Shown here piece after piece: positions 1-10,920 of a DNA stretch of 64,000 nt. The stretch is taken from positions 22,382,001 to 22,446,000 of the forward strand of contig OZ365114.1 of NCBI GenBank assembly GCA_977030845.1. The letters run 5' to 3'. Under the pieces are notes generated by a model. It made no database searches, was not told the DNA's origin, and was given only the letters and a program-made list of their open reading frames with translations. The first letter of the stretch is position 1. Every line of letters begins with the position of its first letter. This DNA is from Fimbriosthenelais zetlandica (Eukaryota). The position numbers and the translations under genes were made by a program.

Positions 1-3000
1 TTTCCACAAGTCATTTCCGCCGCAGGCGCGTTACAAGCTTGACGACACGTCAAGATGAAGCGTCGGGAAACCCAAATCTCGCCGCTGGTCTCGTGGACGG
101 GAGCTTAAGCGGAGTTTCATGGTGAGATAATGATCATGAACGAAGGTTTCTGGTTACAGAAAAGTAAACCCTCGTCTGTGCACCTACCCCTCCCTCCTAT
201 TGATTAGAACAAGCATGGAACATGTGCACTTGTAATTAGATGTCGCTGTCAACTTTTCAATGTTCTAATATAAAAGATGACTTTGCGGGTAAAATGATCC
301 TCCCCTTCCCCTGATTCACCATCAGTCTGCATCCAATATATGGTTTGATTTCATTTCAAATCTATAGGCCTAAAATAAATATGTGGGAGATTTTACGTAT
401 GCTCTGTCCTAAAAATTAAGGATTTTCTCCTTATAAAGGTAGGTCTACCCTTTTTCGTGAGAATGGATGTTTTTCTTCTCCCTATAGGCCTACACCATTC
501 TCTCCACGGCTTGCGAGGCGCAGCACCCAATTCAGCTTGCAAACACTTTTTTAAAAGAATATGATCACACTATTACTCCTGCTTGTATTGCAACAAGCCA
601 GAGGAAGGATTCTTCCAATAGACTCTTTTCGTTCCTAATCCTCAGGGATCTGTCTAACTAATACAATCATGCCCAATCCTCTTTGTCCCTCCCCTGGCCA
701 GGCATTCTCTCCGCCTTGGATTAGCTCGCCTCACGCTCTTACAGCTTATTATCAGATCGCTTTATTCGCGGGCAAATTGCTCCATAATAAGACAGACGAA
801 AGGTGTGCCTCGCCTGAGCTCTCAAACTAATGGAAGCAGTGCTTTTAATGGCGGCAGGTATTCGCCTGGCACCGAGAAACACACAGCCAAATGAACAGAA
901 TAATGAGAAGTGATAATACCTATTCGCAAGAGTCCATTGCAATTATTCGCCCGTGTAGGAGCTGATAAAGGAGCAAGAAAGGAAGGGGGAGATAAATTGG
1001 AGGTGTGGCTGCTTGTACTAGGGTGTTGGGGGAGGGCGAGGGAGGGGGTGGGGTTGGTAGTGTATGGTAGGTGGGATGTGGATGCAACTAGATGCGGGCG
1101 ACCAAAATGAGATGGATAATATTTTGTCACAAAATTGTGGAAAACGGAAGGAGGGAAAGAGGTGTGGTATAAAGAAGTTGGGGGGAAGGTATAGGTCTAG
1201 TAGTTGTAATGGGAGAAAATGTGGTAAAATACATAATGATCTAGCTTTACAATCGCGATTCTAACCACCTGTAAACAGCATCCTTTTATTTGTTCAATGT
1301 TTCCAGTTGAACGATTTATCAGTTCGTAAAGTTCATCTGCGTGCACTTATCTAAATGAATTTAACACATTATGATGTATTTATACGGGGTTTTTCCTTTT
1401 ATATTCAGATTTACAGGATCAACCAATTACTCATATATGATGATAACACAAAGCAATAAAATTCATTTCCATAAAGGCACTTCGGGAAAGCCATTTAAAA
1501 AAATGCTTTCTGTCCATGAAAGGAATTCTTTCAAGATTAACTGGGTGCCAAATGCAAACCTGGGATGCCAAGTGCAAACTGCAAAGACAAAGTGAAAAGG
1601 ATGATGGTGCATGTCAGGCAGCATAACACTAATATAAATGAAGCCCTAAGTTTGAAAGCATCCATAATAGGACTGAAGAAAAGGAGGAGGCAAGAAAAAC
1701 AACAGTCCTAGGCAAAAAAGGGTAAATCTGCAATTCCTCCTTTGCTGCGAATGAAAGCGGGAAGGAAGGGACTGGAAATGAGAGGCGTGGTGCGTGAAAG
1801 TAAAAGACAGGCTTAATGGAATGGCAGGAATGACGTGCCCTTTTTACCGACCAATTGTAACAGTCTGCCTTTTATTCGCTTCAGCATTTCCAGGCTTCCA
1901 AATAACGTGTGTAATTGTCATAATTTTCTTCTTTATAAGAGGCTATTTTGTAATGGACTTTGAGAAAGCCCCTGAATTCTAATTGTGTCAAGTACACGCG
2001 TGAATTACGCTGGAAGGAATAGGATTTGTTGGAAGGAACAAAAAATTAACGCTCAGGTAAATTAATTTGGCAAACATGACAAATTCCAAAATTATGTGGT
2101 GTTTTTCGACGAACCAAGTAACTGGAAAGGGGGATTTGCTCCAAAGTTTCCCACCTTACTCGTGGCACTGAACCTTCTCTTGTCTGCCTATTATATTTCC
2201 AGTCTATATTCATGCACATTCTGGGCCACTGCCCAGTCTGACCAACTGTGTTCAGCTTAGCATGTCTGCTAATAGACATCTCTACCCATTGCCAGGGCCG
2301 TCCAGCGGACACGGGACTGAGATCCATATACATGTACGACTCAATCTCTCACCTACTGACACTCACCCTACAAAATCACGGATTTTCATTTTGGCGTAAC
2401 GATAAGCACGACCTTGAACAAACATCAGTATTCCTTGTTCAGGTATGTTAACTAGTTGGATGGACATGGCCATACCCATGGCAGACATGGTCTGCTGGGC
2501 AGTATTGGACAGGCTACCATGGCAATGGGCCTAACTGATTATCTCCGCCTAGTGTCTGGTGCATCCAGCTGAACAAGTTTGTCATACTCCCTCATCTGCT
2601 AATTGGAAATCTGACCCATTATACATTGTCAGTCCTGCGGACCAAATTTGCCAATGGACGTTTCTGCCATGCCATGTCGTCCCACTGACCCGGCTAGTCC
2701 ATCTGTGCATGCTGCATGCTGAAAGCCAGCTTGGCTATTATATATGGCTATGTGCTTCCAGTTGACGCTCCTGCTCCAGTCATACCTTGCTCCTGCATGC
2801 TCTTGCTGCTATCTGTGCTATTTTCCATCATACAGCTACTGCTTTGAACTGTCATTTATGGCTCTTCTTTCCGACTCCTCTTCCTCACATCTCGTTTAGT
2901 TCACCGCTCTAACTTGCTTCCTCAACAGATGCCCTGCCTCCTGCTCAGAATAAATCAAAACTGTCATTTTCTATGGATTATGAATATTTTCTATCGAAAT

Positions 3001-4349
3001 ATTCCAATGGGTACGGAAAGGTTGACAACTGGACCAGCAAGGACAACTAAGCTCTGTCTCCCAACATAAATTGTTATCTTTATTCCCGGCAAATTCTTCA
3101 CGGTTCTGTCATATTGATAGATGAACACATTTGAAAGGAAGATGAGGTTGTGATCGTTAAGCAACTTCAAGGTAACAAATGGCAAAAGCCATTGAGCTGG
3201 AGCATTTAGCTATAGAATTTATGGTTCTCAATGCTTTGAAAACTGCCCCGAACTTGCACCCACTCTGCCCCACACTCACCATTGACAAAAAACAGGATTG
3301 AAACCATTTCTGAAAACTGCAATGCAGCTTTTATTTTGCCCCTTTCCACACTCCTCCAAAAGCTCCTTTTCAGACTCTCCACATAAAAACTTTCCTCAAT
3401 ACCTAACTTCTCATGCTCGCGATGGCTTCTCTCAATGGCTGAGCGTGGCGCTCCGCCCTAAGTCATTGTCCGGAAGTGGCTCTGCTCACTGCCCCTATTA
3501 TCGGTGACTGTCTCCTGCCTTTCTCTGGCCTCTATCGAGTCTCTCAATAAGACATCACAGCCGCCAGTGTGGGGTATTGTATCCGCCATTCAATACACAT
3601 CAAACAGACCCATTCCGCACCAACAAACCGCCCTGCAGGCCCCGAGAGAAAGACCCCATAAAAATTTTAATTATTTCCATTCCCATGGCGCATACCTCAC
3701 TCGTCAATTATGGAGAGGTTGGCCTCAGGTTTCGGGCATCTATCGACCCCTGAATCTTAGCTATGGATGTACAAGAGGGAACAAGCGAAGGGGCGGGCAT
3801 ACTATTTGTCAAGTCCGAATCTCAGAAGAACCAGAGAGCATGTCAGGTCGCTCTGTAAAATCTATTGCAGATACTTAGAAAATGGCTTTTTAGGTGCGGG
3901 CCAGCCCATATAATGTAGGCCTATGTCTAAACAATTTGTGCTTAATTTTGTGGTAAGCTTATTGGGGTTCTATGTCGTGACGTGGGTGCGGATCGGTTTG
4001 CTTGGTAGGTGTAGCGGGGGCGTTACCGGGGGGCGTTATTGGGTGGACTCCTTTCCTTAGTGCTAATAAGGGGATCATATGACAATAGAACATCAATATG
4101 GCAACAGATTCCCGTCACATTCACTTAATGAAAACCAGGTGATTCACCAGTTTGCCTATTTGTCTTATTCAGCTGATGACTAAAGTAATCAGCTTGATAG
4201 GTTCTTATTTTCGCCTTACTGATAACTGCTGAAAATTTAGTCGGTAAATGTCGGTAAATAGGCTACATGGTATATGACAATGATATCAAGATTAGACTAG
4301 ATAACGTAGCCTAACAATAAAGCAACTTTCACACAAAGGCCTTTCACCC

Positions 4350-6100
4350 ATTGACCTCTATTTCCCTGGCATTGTAAGACAAACACCCGCTATCCCCGCC
4401 TATAGACATTCATTCTCACCGAGACAAGGTGGCAGAGGAATAGGGAGGATGGCGAGGTCATCAACATATTTGACATGACAGGGCCTCCTACCCATTGCCT
4501 TTTGTATTTGGACAAGTTGCCATTGTTATTCTTCATTAGTTCTGTAATAGCAGTTTTGTTATGGCAGTGCTTAGATCAAAAGGCTGCAGGGCCCGCCAGA
4601 CATTGTTCACACACAATTACTGATTTGTGTGAGGCTGTTGTATAAACATGGAAGGCTGCTGGCTACAAGGCTTCATTCACCCAGGCTCTCAGTATTTATG
4701 TCTAGGCGAGAGATGGGGATATTGGTAGCGACTTGCTAGTACCGGGATTACATGCGCCTTAGAAATGTAATAATTGAAATTCGACCTAGCCTCGGAAGGC
4801 TTGGCAGTTAATATGAATTTCATCACAAGTGATTATAACGTTAATCTTCAGAGAAAGAATCATTAAACGGTTTTCTGGTAAGTTTGGAGTCTTTGGAGAT
4901 ATGACGGTAGACTACCTTGAACAAATCATTGAAAAGTGTCTTTGTCTTTTGCCTTGGGGAGCAATAATATCTCTCCCCTGCCCCCGTCTCTTCTTATTGG
5001 AGGGCTAACAATGATCCGATCCCCTATTCTGTCCCCTAAGTAAAGATATGTAAATTCCCGTCTCAGTTCGGCCTGTCATTCCTTATCAGCAAGTCTATAA
5101 CATTGTGCATAATGAATATCATCAGTTGCTTACCCTCCCATGAGCCAATACAAAAACGGAGGACAAATACCCGAGCCACAACTGTTCCTATGTGACCCCT
5201 GAGGAGGTAGTTGGTTGCAAATTACAAATTTGCAGCTCAGTTTGTACCTTTTCTATGGGGCAATTCTGGACAGTGTGCGACTCCTATTTGCAAGCATTTG
5301 ACTTTTGGCGTCGTAACAACTGCAGGTCAATGGGTGGTTTTGGCACACAAGGGCCTGTCCTTAAGCCTGTCAACTACAACTTAAAGGACTGCAATGTGAT
5401 TAGGCTTGTCGGGCAACTGGACGGGATCTTTTATTAGGACCAGAAAAGATTCTTGGCACGTGATGTGGAGCCATGAATAACAAGGAAACCACGTTCAAAA
5501 CGAGGTCACTAGATGAGACCACCGTGTATTCCGGTCTCTGTTATTCTGCCAAGTCATCCCTTATTATCACTCAACAGGCTTCATCACACCCAACAAACGA
5601 TGGTACTTGCACTTACAAACAAGATTTTTGTGCTCGACAAGGCTCCACCATAGTGGAATGATGATGGGTGTATTTTTATGGGAGACATGAGGTCAAGGCT
5701 GGTGCCAGACCTTCCCACATGTCACGGTGGTCAGCAGGGAATGGTCAAGAACAGTAATGTCAAGGTCATTATGGCAGGGACAAGGGCAGGCCGGACTGTG
5801 TTGTTGCTCCACTAATGGCCTGTCATTGGGAAGGCTATCTTACGCTTGGTGAACATAGAGGGGCCAAGATTGTAGACCGGGATGAGTTGGGCAGCATTGT
5901 GCCCCAACCAGACCTGACGACAGACCAATGGCCTGTGCCGCATCTTCACGATGAAGAGGGGCAGAAAGGTGGAAAGAGGAGGTCACAGACCAGGCCAAAC
6001 ACTCAGTAAGAAGAGGCCTGTAATTGAGAGCAAATGATGGGCTGACGTGGTGCTCATGTCCACGGAGGGGCGGCAGCAGGACACTAACAGATCATGACCC
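4350..6100 (-). mobile_element. Heavily decayed non-LTR retrotransposon ORF2 (CR1/L2-like; APE endonuclease and reverse transcriptase remnants)
   Basis: Minus-strand translation gives HVKYVDDLAIL at ~4445-4477 (RT catalytic YxDD). It is preceded, in the expected order but across stops and frameshifts, by KAHVIPV and LPISPSLA (cf. WKxAxVIPVPK, RPISLT) and an AF*SxxHxxAITEL segment (cf. KAFDxVDHxxLITKL). Weaker APE-like pieces (LLTECL..HRED) lie at ~5950-6050. Boundaries are approximate. Confidence 0.45.
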
Positions 6101-7304
6101 GACCACCCCAGCACCTGCCCAAGCACGATGTTAGAACATCTCAAGACACGAGTGAACGATAATTGGGGACTTGGTGCTAGAACTTGGCCCTGCAGCGCTA
6201 CACAGCGGGGCTTTTGTGCACCCTCCAGAGCATGCGCTGTGCACTCTTTCTACAATCACAAACCTCTCTCTTCTCTGCCATTCTGGGCCTCACTGACAGT
6301 CTTTCTTGACATTTAATTGGAAGCACACCTTCCAAGAGCTGCTCTTGAGCCCTTGCTAAGACGATCGCGCACCTCTCAGCCAGCAATCATTGCTGGGTCC
6401 AGAAAACTCATGCTGTGCCACTGCTAAGACGAACATTATTGCAACTGCTTGAAAAATCTTCACCATCCAGTAAAAAGTTTTAATCATCTGTGGGACAGAC
6501 GCCATTATGAAGATAGAAAGCATCTTCCGGTGCCACTCAAAGATGCTTTTAACATGTTTTAATTGAACACTATTGAGAGCCAAGGGGGGACGACATGGAC
6601 TGTTGTGTGCGAGAGCTTCTAATTGCTCCCTTACAATTGCTCCTCAGCGGGAATAAGGAGCTCCCAGAGGCTGCTTTCATGTGCTTTCTCAAGCAAATCA
6701 TAAGTGAGATTTATATCTCAAGTCGTGCTTTCTCAGAAATAATCTGGGTGATTGAAAAGCAGCAGGAACTTAATGTTTGAGACTAACTCGTTCTCAAGCT
6801 GGAATGCAGTAAGCCCAAGGCCTAATCAATTGTGTCACGAATTCAAATAGATACAAGTATTAGGCCTAGTTAATGTCTTTCCAATGTAACCCTTGAATGG
6901 AGATGTATACAGTTTTATGTAGAGATTATGTTTATGTAAGTTTTATCTCGCAATAATGATAGAGACAGAAATTTGAACTAAAAATTTCAGTAACTAAAAT
7001 GTAGGCCTATGTTAGTTTTGAGTATACCCTTCCGTTCAGAACAATCATTTATAGGGAGAAGATCACCATGAGTGACTGCAGATCATCATTAATTCCCCCT
7101 CGCGCCACAACGTCACTGCATGTCCAAAGGTTGTATGAAGCCCCCGTGCTGCCGCCTGGTATTAGTGGTCCAAGATATAATTTACCCCAATTCGGATTAA
7201 TAAATATTCTATATAATTTTTATAAGTAAATCATTTCTTATTCAAATACATTTACTGTGATTCTTCCATGTTGCTTAAAAACTCTTTTCTTGTGTCTTTT
7301 CCAG

Positions 7305-7495
7305 ATTTTCCGTATTTCTTCAAGCGTTGATATAATTATGTACTGGTCCACAAGGCGGCGCCAGACGACTTCCAGATAATCACCAATTTCCCACGTAAAA
7401 CCTTACCTTGCCAACCGACTGAAGAGAACCACGAACCCCATACATTCAACGATGTAAGACTAGGCAAATCACATGTACATAACAATGAAGCCTCA
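7305..7495 (+). pseudogene. Orphan degenerate last exon of a FAF2/UBXD8-like UBX-domain gene
   Basis: A polypyrimidine tract and CCAG acceptor at 7301-7304 are followed by *YNYVLVHKAAPDDFQIITNFPRKTLPCQPTEENHEPHTFNDVRLGKS. This matches the FAF2 UBX C-terminus pattern (FQIxxNFPRxxLPC.P.EE...PPT...GL). There is an in-frame TGA at 7328-7330, an apparent deletion near the end, and no upstream exons were seen. Confidence 0.7.
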
Positions 7496-7820
7496 TCCTC
7501 TCCACCTCATATGACTTATCCTAGCCTAAATTACCACAAACTCTTCCTGTGTGTCACTTCAAGAAGGAGGGAAATGAATGTATGTTCATTCAGAAACTCG
7601 TTTGACTTGGAGCCCTGTCATAGCTAGGCTTTCAAAAAAAGATCAAAAAGATCTTAATATGTATCTTTATAGCAATATTTTTGTTAAACTTCCAAAACAT
7701 GAATTTAATTAAATGAAAGTTTTCTTGAATAATGTCAGCATTTGTGATTTCAGGGGATGTTGTATAGGCTAAATTAAAAAAAAAATATTATAATAGGTTC
7801 TTGTAATGTTAAAATGAATA

Positions 7821-7900
7821 GGGTGTAAGGGGACTACTTCGGACCAAAAGGTCCTGGGTTCGAATCACAATCGTGGCATTACTTTCTTTCTCTCTTCAGA
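7821..7900 (+). mobile_element. tRNA-derived SINE fragment
   Basis: B-box-like GGTTCGAATC at 7857-7866 is followed by a CT-rich stretch resembling the fragment at ~43855-43895. No cloverleaf forms. Confidence 0.3.
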
Positions 7901-7948
7901 TCATTACTGGGTATAGCCACCTGGTGTTTTGACAAGTTGCAGTAGTTT

Positions 7949-7964
7949 CCTACTAGATGGCGCC
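7949..7964 (+). promoter_or_regulatory. CTCF-like binding motif
   Basis: CCTACTAGATGGCGCC resembles the CTCF core consensus CCASYAGRKGGCRS with one mismatch. Motif match only. Confidence 0.3.
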
Positions 7965-8089
7965 ACACCCCAGTGATCAGAGTATAGGTCCACCTAGCTT
8001 GGTGGGGGGGGGGGAGTAGGTATGGTTTCCCCCACCTACCAAATTATCCTGCATAATATAATTGATGTGATTCTCCGTACTCCTATAAT

Positions 8090-8686
8090 AATCTCAGAAT
8101 AACCTCCGATAATCGAAAGTAGTTTGTCAATGAGGGACCACGACACCCCAAGAAACAATATTCAGCTGTAGACCCCTCTCTCCGCACTCCCCTCCCCTCG
8201 GCAACTCAAGCAAAAAAAAACTAGACTAAGGCCAACACGTGGAATCGAACCCCGTTCACTGGCGTTCCGGGCCAGCGTCTTACCTCTAGACTACCTGGCT
8301 CACAGGTAAGTACGCTGCACCTCTTCAAATTTAGTCTGGACAAGGCTGAATCCCAATGTGAATTATTATTTTGCTCCGGGGTCCCGGACCCCTCCACAAA
8401 CAACAGCCCATATTCAAAAGGGCACACCTGTCAAAATCCATTACAGGAATATGTGCTACACAGCCGGTTTACCAGTCCACTCAAATCGGATTTTCGCTAC
8501 CTAATACATATTATTTTCACTCAAGCGCACGGTTATGTATAACTTATGGCCTCTAGGCCTACTGATAAATCTCAAAAGAGCAGAGAGGAAAAAGAAGGAT
8601 AAATCCGATATCTGCGAAGGTGACAAATCGGCCGCGCGTATACCGGCCTATAATTTGGCCTTTTAAAAACCTTAACAGCGCCCTCA
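8090..8686. repeat. Diverged direct (tandem) copy of the left arm of the foldback element
   Basis: 8430-8686 aligns by eye with 9180-9430, and both end in ...GGCCTATAATTTGGCCTTTTAAAAACCTTAACAGCGCCCTC. The part from ~8140 to 8300 carries a more diverged copy of the tRNA-like cassette. Confidence 0.75.
8230..8300 (-). pseudogene. tRNA-like (Gly/Glu-like) pseudogene, diverged copy
   Basis: The minus strand reads CCAGGTAGTCTAGAGGTAAGACGCTGGCCCGGAACGCCAGTGAACGGGTTCGATTCCACG. It has an A box, an intact GTCT/AGAC D-stem and a B box; the acceptor stem does not pair. Confidence 0.55.
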
Positions 8687-8859
8687 CCCCATTTCCAACC
8701 CCCAACACCAATCAATACTACTAATTAACTCGTCTAAATGCATCGTGATTACCTTCAGATCAACGTTGAAAAATAATATTGAGCCCCCCACTCCCCTCTG
8801 CAATTCAAATGAACAAAAACAAAGTTCAAATCCAGAGATCAGCAATAAGTTATTTACAA

Positions 8860-8927
8860 GACGGGGCGGATTCGAACACCGGACTCTCACGTTCCAGGCC
8901 AGTGTCTTACCGCTAGACTACCTGGAT
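8860..8927 (-). pseudogene. tRNA-like cassette in the left arm of the foldback element
   Basis: Reverse complement of 10853-10920 with one substitution. A-box and B-box motifs are retained. Confidence 0.6.
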
Positions 8928-10852
8928 TACGGGTCAGTGCTCCCTTGGAAATCCCTCTGAATAGCCCACTGTCTACGTACTGCCCATAGGCCCCAATGTT
9001 AAAAATTATTTAGCCCCCCGGACCCCTCCCCGGCCCCCAACCTCCTTCCCGTCCACCATGTCTACCCCCGGCACCCACCTCAACCCCCTCCCAAAATTTC
9101 AGCCCGATTCGACGGTTCTATCCTGCTTAAATCCTCTGGATTCCGCAAAAGTGTCCCGTCTATAGGCTCAATGTTAAAAATCACTCACGATTACATGGAT
9201 GTGTGCTACTGAGCCGGTTGGCCAGTCCACTCCAATCGGCTTTTTGTCTACCTAATACATATTATTTTCACTCAAGTCCACGGTTATGCATAACATATGA
9301 CCTCTACTGATGAACCCCAAAAGAGCGGAGAGGAAAAATGAGGAAAACCCCGATTTCTGCGAAGTTGACAATTCGGCCGTGTGTATACCGGCCTATAATT
9401 TGGCCTTTTAAAAACCTTAACAGCGCCCTCTCACTAAAAGTCGAAAAAGTTGAATAACTTCGTAAATAATGGGTCTAAAATTACAATTCAAACGGATTTT
9501 TCTAAGTTGGGAGACCCTTCAAATGTCTATGGCGTTTTTGTTCCAATAGAATTCATTTAAAATTTTGGATTTTCAAAATGCACTGAATTTCTTCAATTAG
9601 CATTGGAGTCAATGGAAAGAGGCGCCCGAGAGCCTTTGGCGACCCGAGATGCCCTAGCGGCGAAAACGTGAACTACTATGCGCCAGCCAGCATAGCCTGA
9701 ATGACAAGCCTCGCCTTCCAGCCGGGAGAGACTTGGGGCTCGAGATTAGCAGCGGCAAAAAGATGAACTACGCTACTATGATCAAGCGAGATGGAGTATG
9801 AGGCTATTCCCCTGGGAGGACGAGGCGGAAAGAAGTTACTCGTCAATAAGAGTGGGGTGGGGTTATACTTGCGAATTTGTTGTCATTAGTACATTGGTAA
9901 AATCCTGCGCATTTTATACGGGTTGATTTGGGCTTATTTTCGCACCATCCCCCACCTCCCGAAAAACAGTACAAATTTTGACTGGCATATCCCCTCCCTC
10001 CATCACCCGCTCAGCGTTGGCTAGATCATAGGCGGCGTGAGTATCTTTCCCAGTGAGGCGAGACCTGGCCTGTCATACAGAATCGGCTAGCTTGAACATA
10101 GAAGCTAGTTCACCTTTTGGCCGCTGCAAGTCTTGGGTCGCTTCAGTCGGCTGGCATGCTACCTCCATAGAATCCAATGCTAAGACCTGAAATTGAGAAC
10201 ATTTTGAAAAATCGAAATTTTAAATTAATTTTAGTTGCACAAAAACCGCATAGATACCTGGAGGTGCTTCCAACTAAGAATAATCCGTTTGAATTGTAAT
10301 TTTAGACCAACTATTTACGGAGTTATTCAACTTTTTCGACTTTTAGTGAGAGGGCGCTGTTAGGGTTTTTAAAAGGCCAAATTATAGGCCGGTATACGCG
10401 CGGCCGATTTGTCAACTTCGCAGAAATCGGGGTTTTCTTCGTTGTTCGTCTCCGATCTCTTGGGTTTTATCAGTAGAGGTCATAAGTTATACATAACCGT
10501 AGACTTAAATGAAAATAATTTACATTAGACAGAGAAAAAGCCGATTGGAGTGGACTGACAAACCGGCTCAGTCGCACACAGCCATGTAATCGTGAGTGAT
10601 TTTTAACATTGAGCCTATGGGCGGGACACTTTTGCGGAATCCATAGGATTTAAGCAGGATAGAACCCTCGAATCGGGCTGAAATTTTGGGAGGGGGTGGG
10701 GGTGGGTGCCGCTGGTAGACATGGTGGACGGGAAGGAGGTTGGGGGCCGGGGAGGGGTCCGGGGGGCTAAATAATTTTTAACATTGGGGCCTATGGGCAG
10801 TACGTAGTCAGTGGGCTATTCAGAGGGATTTCCAAGGGAGTACTGACCCGTA

Positions 10853-10920
10853 ATCCAGGTAGTCTAGCGGTAAGACACTGGCCTGGAACGTGAGAGTCCG
10901 GTGTTCGAATCCGCCCCATC
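10853..10920 (+). pseudogene. tRNA-like cassette in the right arm of the foldback element
   Basis: It has TAGTCTAGCGG (A box), a perfect D-stem GTCT/AGAC, an imperfect anticodon arm CTGGC-CTGGAAC-GTGAG resembling tRNA-Gly, and GTTCGAATCC (B box). A T5 run at 10932-10936 follows. The T-stem and acceptor stem are broken, so it is not a functional tRNA. Confidence 0.6.

Noticed and set aside
500-4300. Short ORFs and an E/R/Q-rich minus-strand stretch (~2500-2950) vaguely like a Helitron N-terminus
   Set aside because: Many stops in every frame and no diagnostic Rep or helicase motif; it cannot be assigned.
6100-6800. Minus-strand broken reading frame upstream of the LINE remnant (possible ORF1)
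   Set aside because: No recognisable motif, so it was left out of the element boundaries.
10853-10920. Functional tRNA-Ser(GGA) gene
   Set aside because: The acceptor and T stems do not pair, the anticodon stem has a mismatch, and it is embedded in a repeat; treated as a tRNA-like pseudogene.
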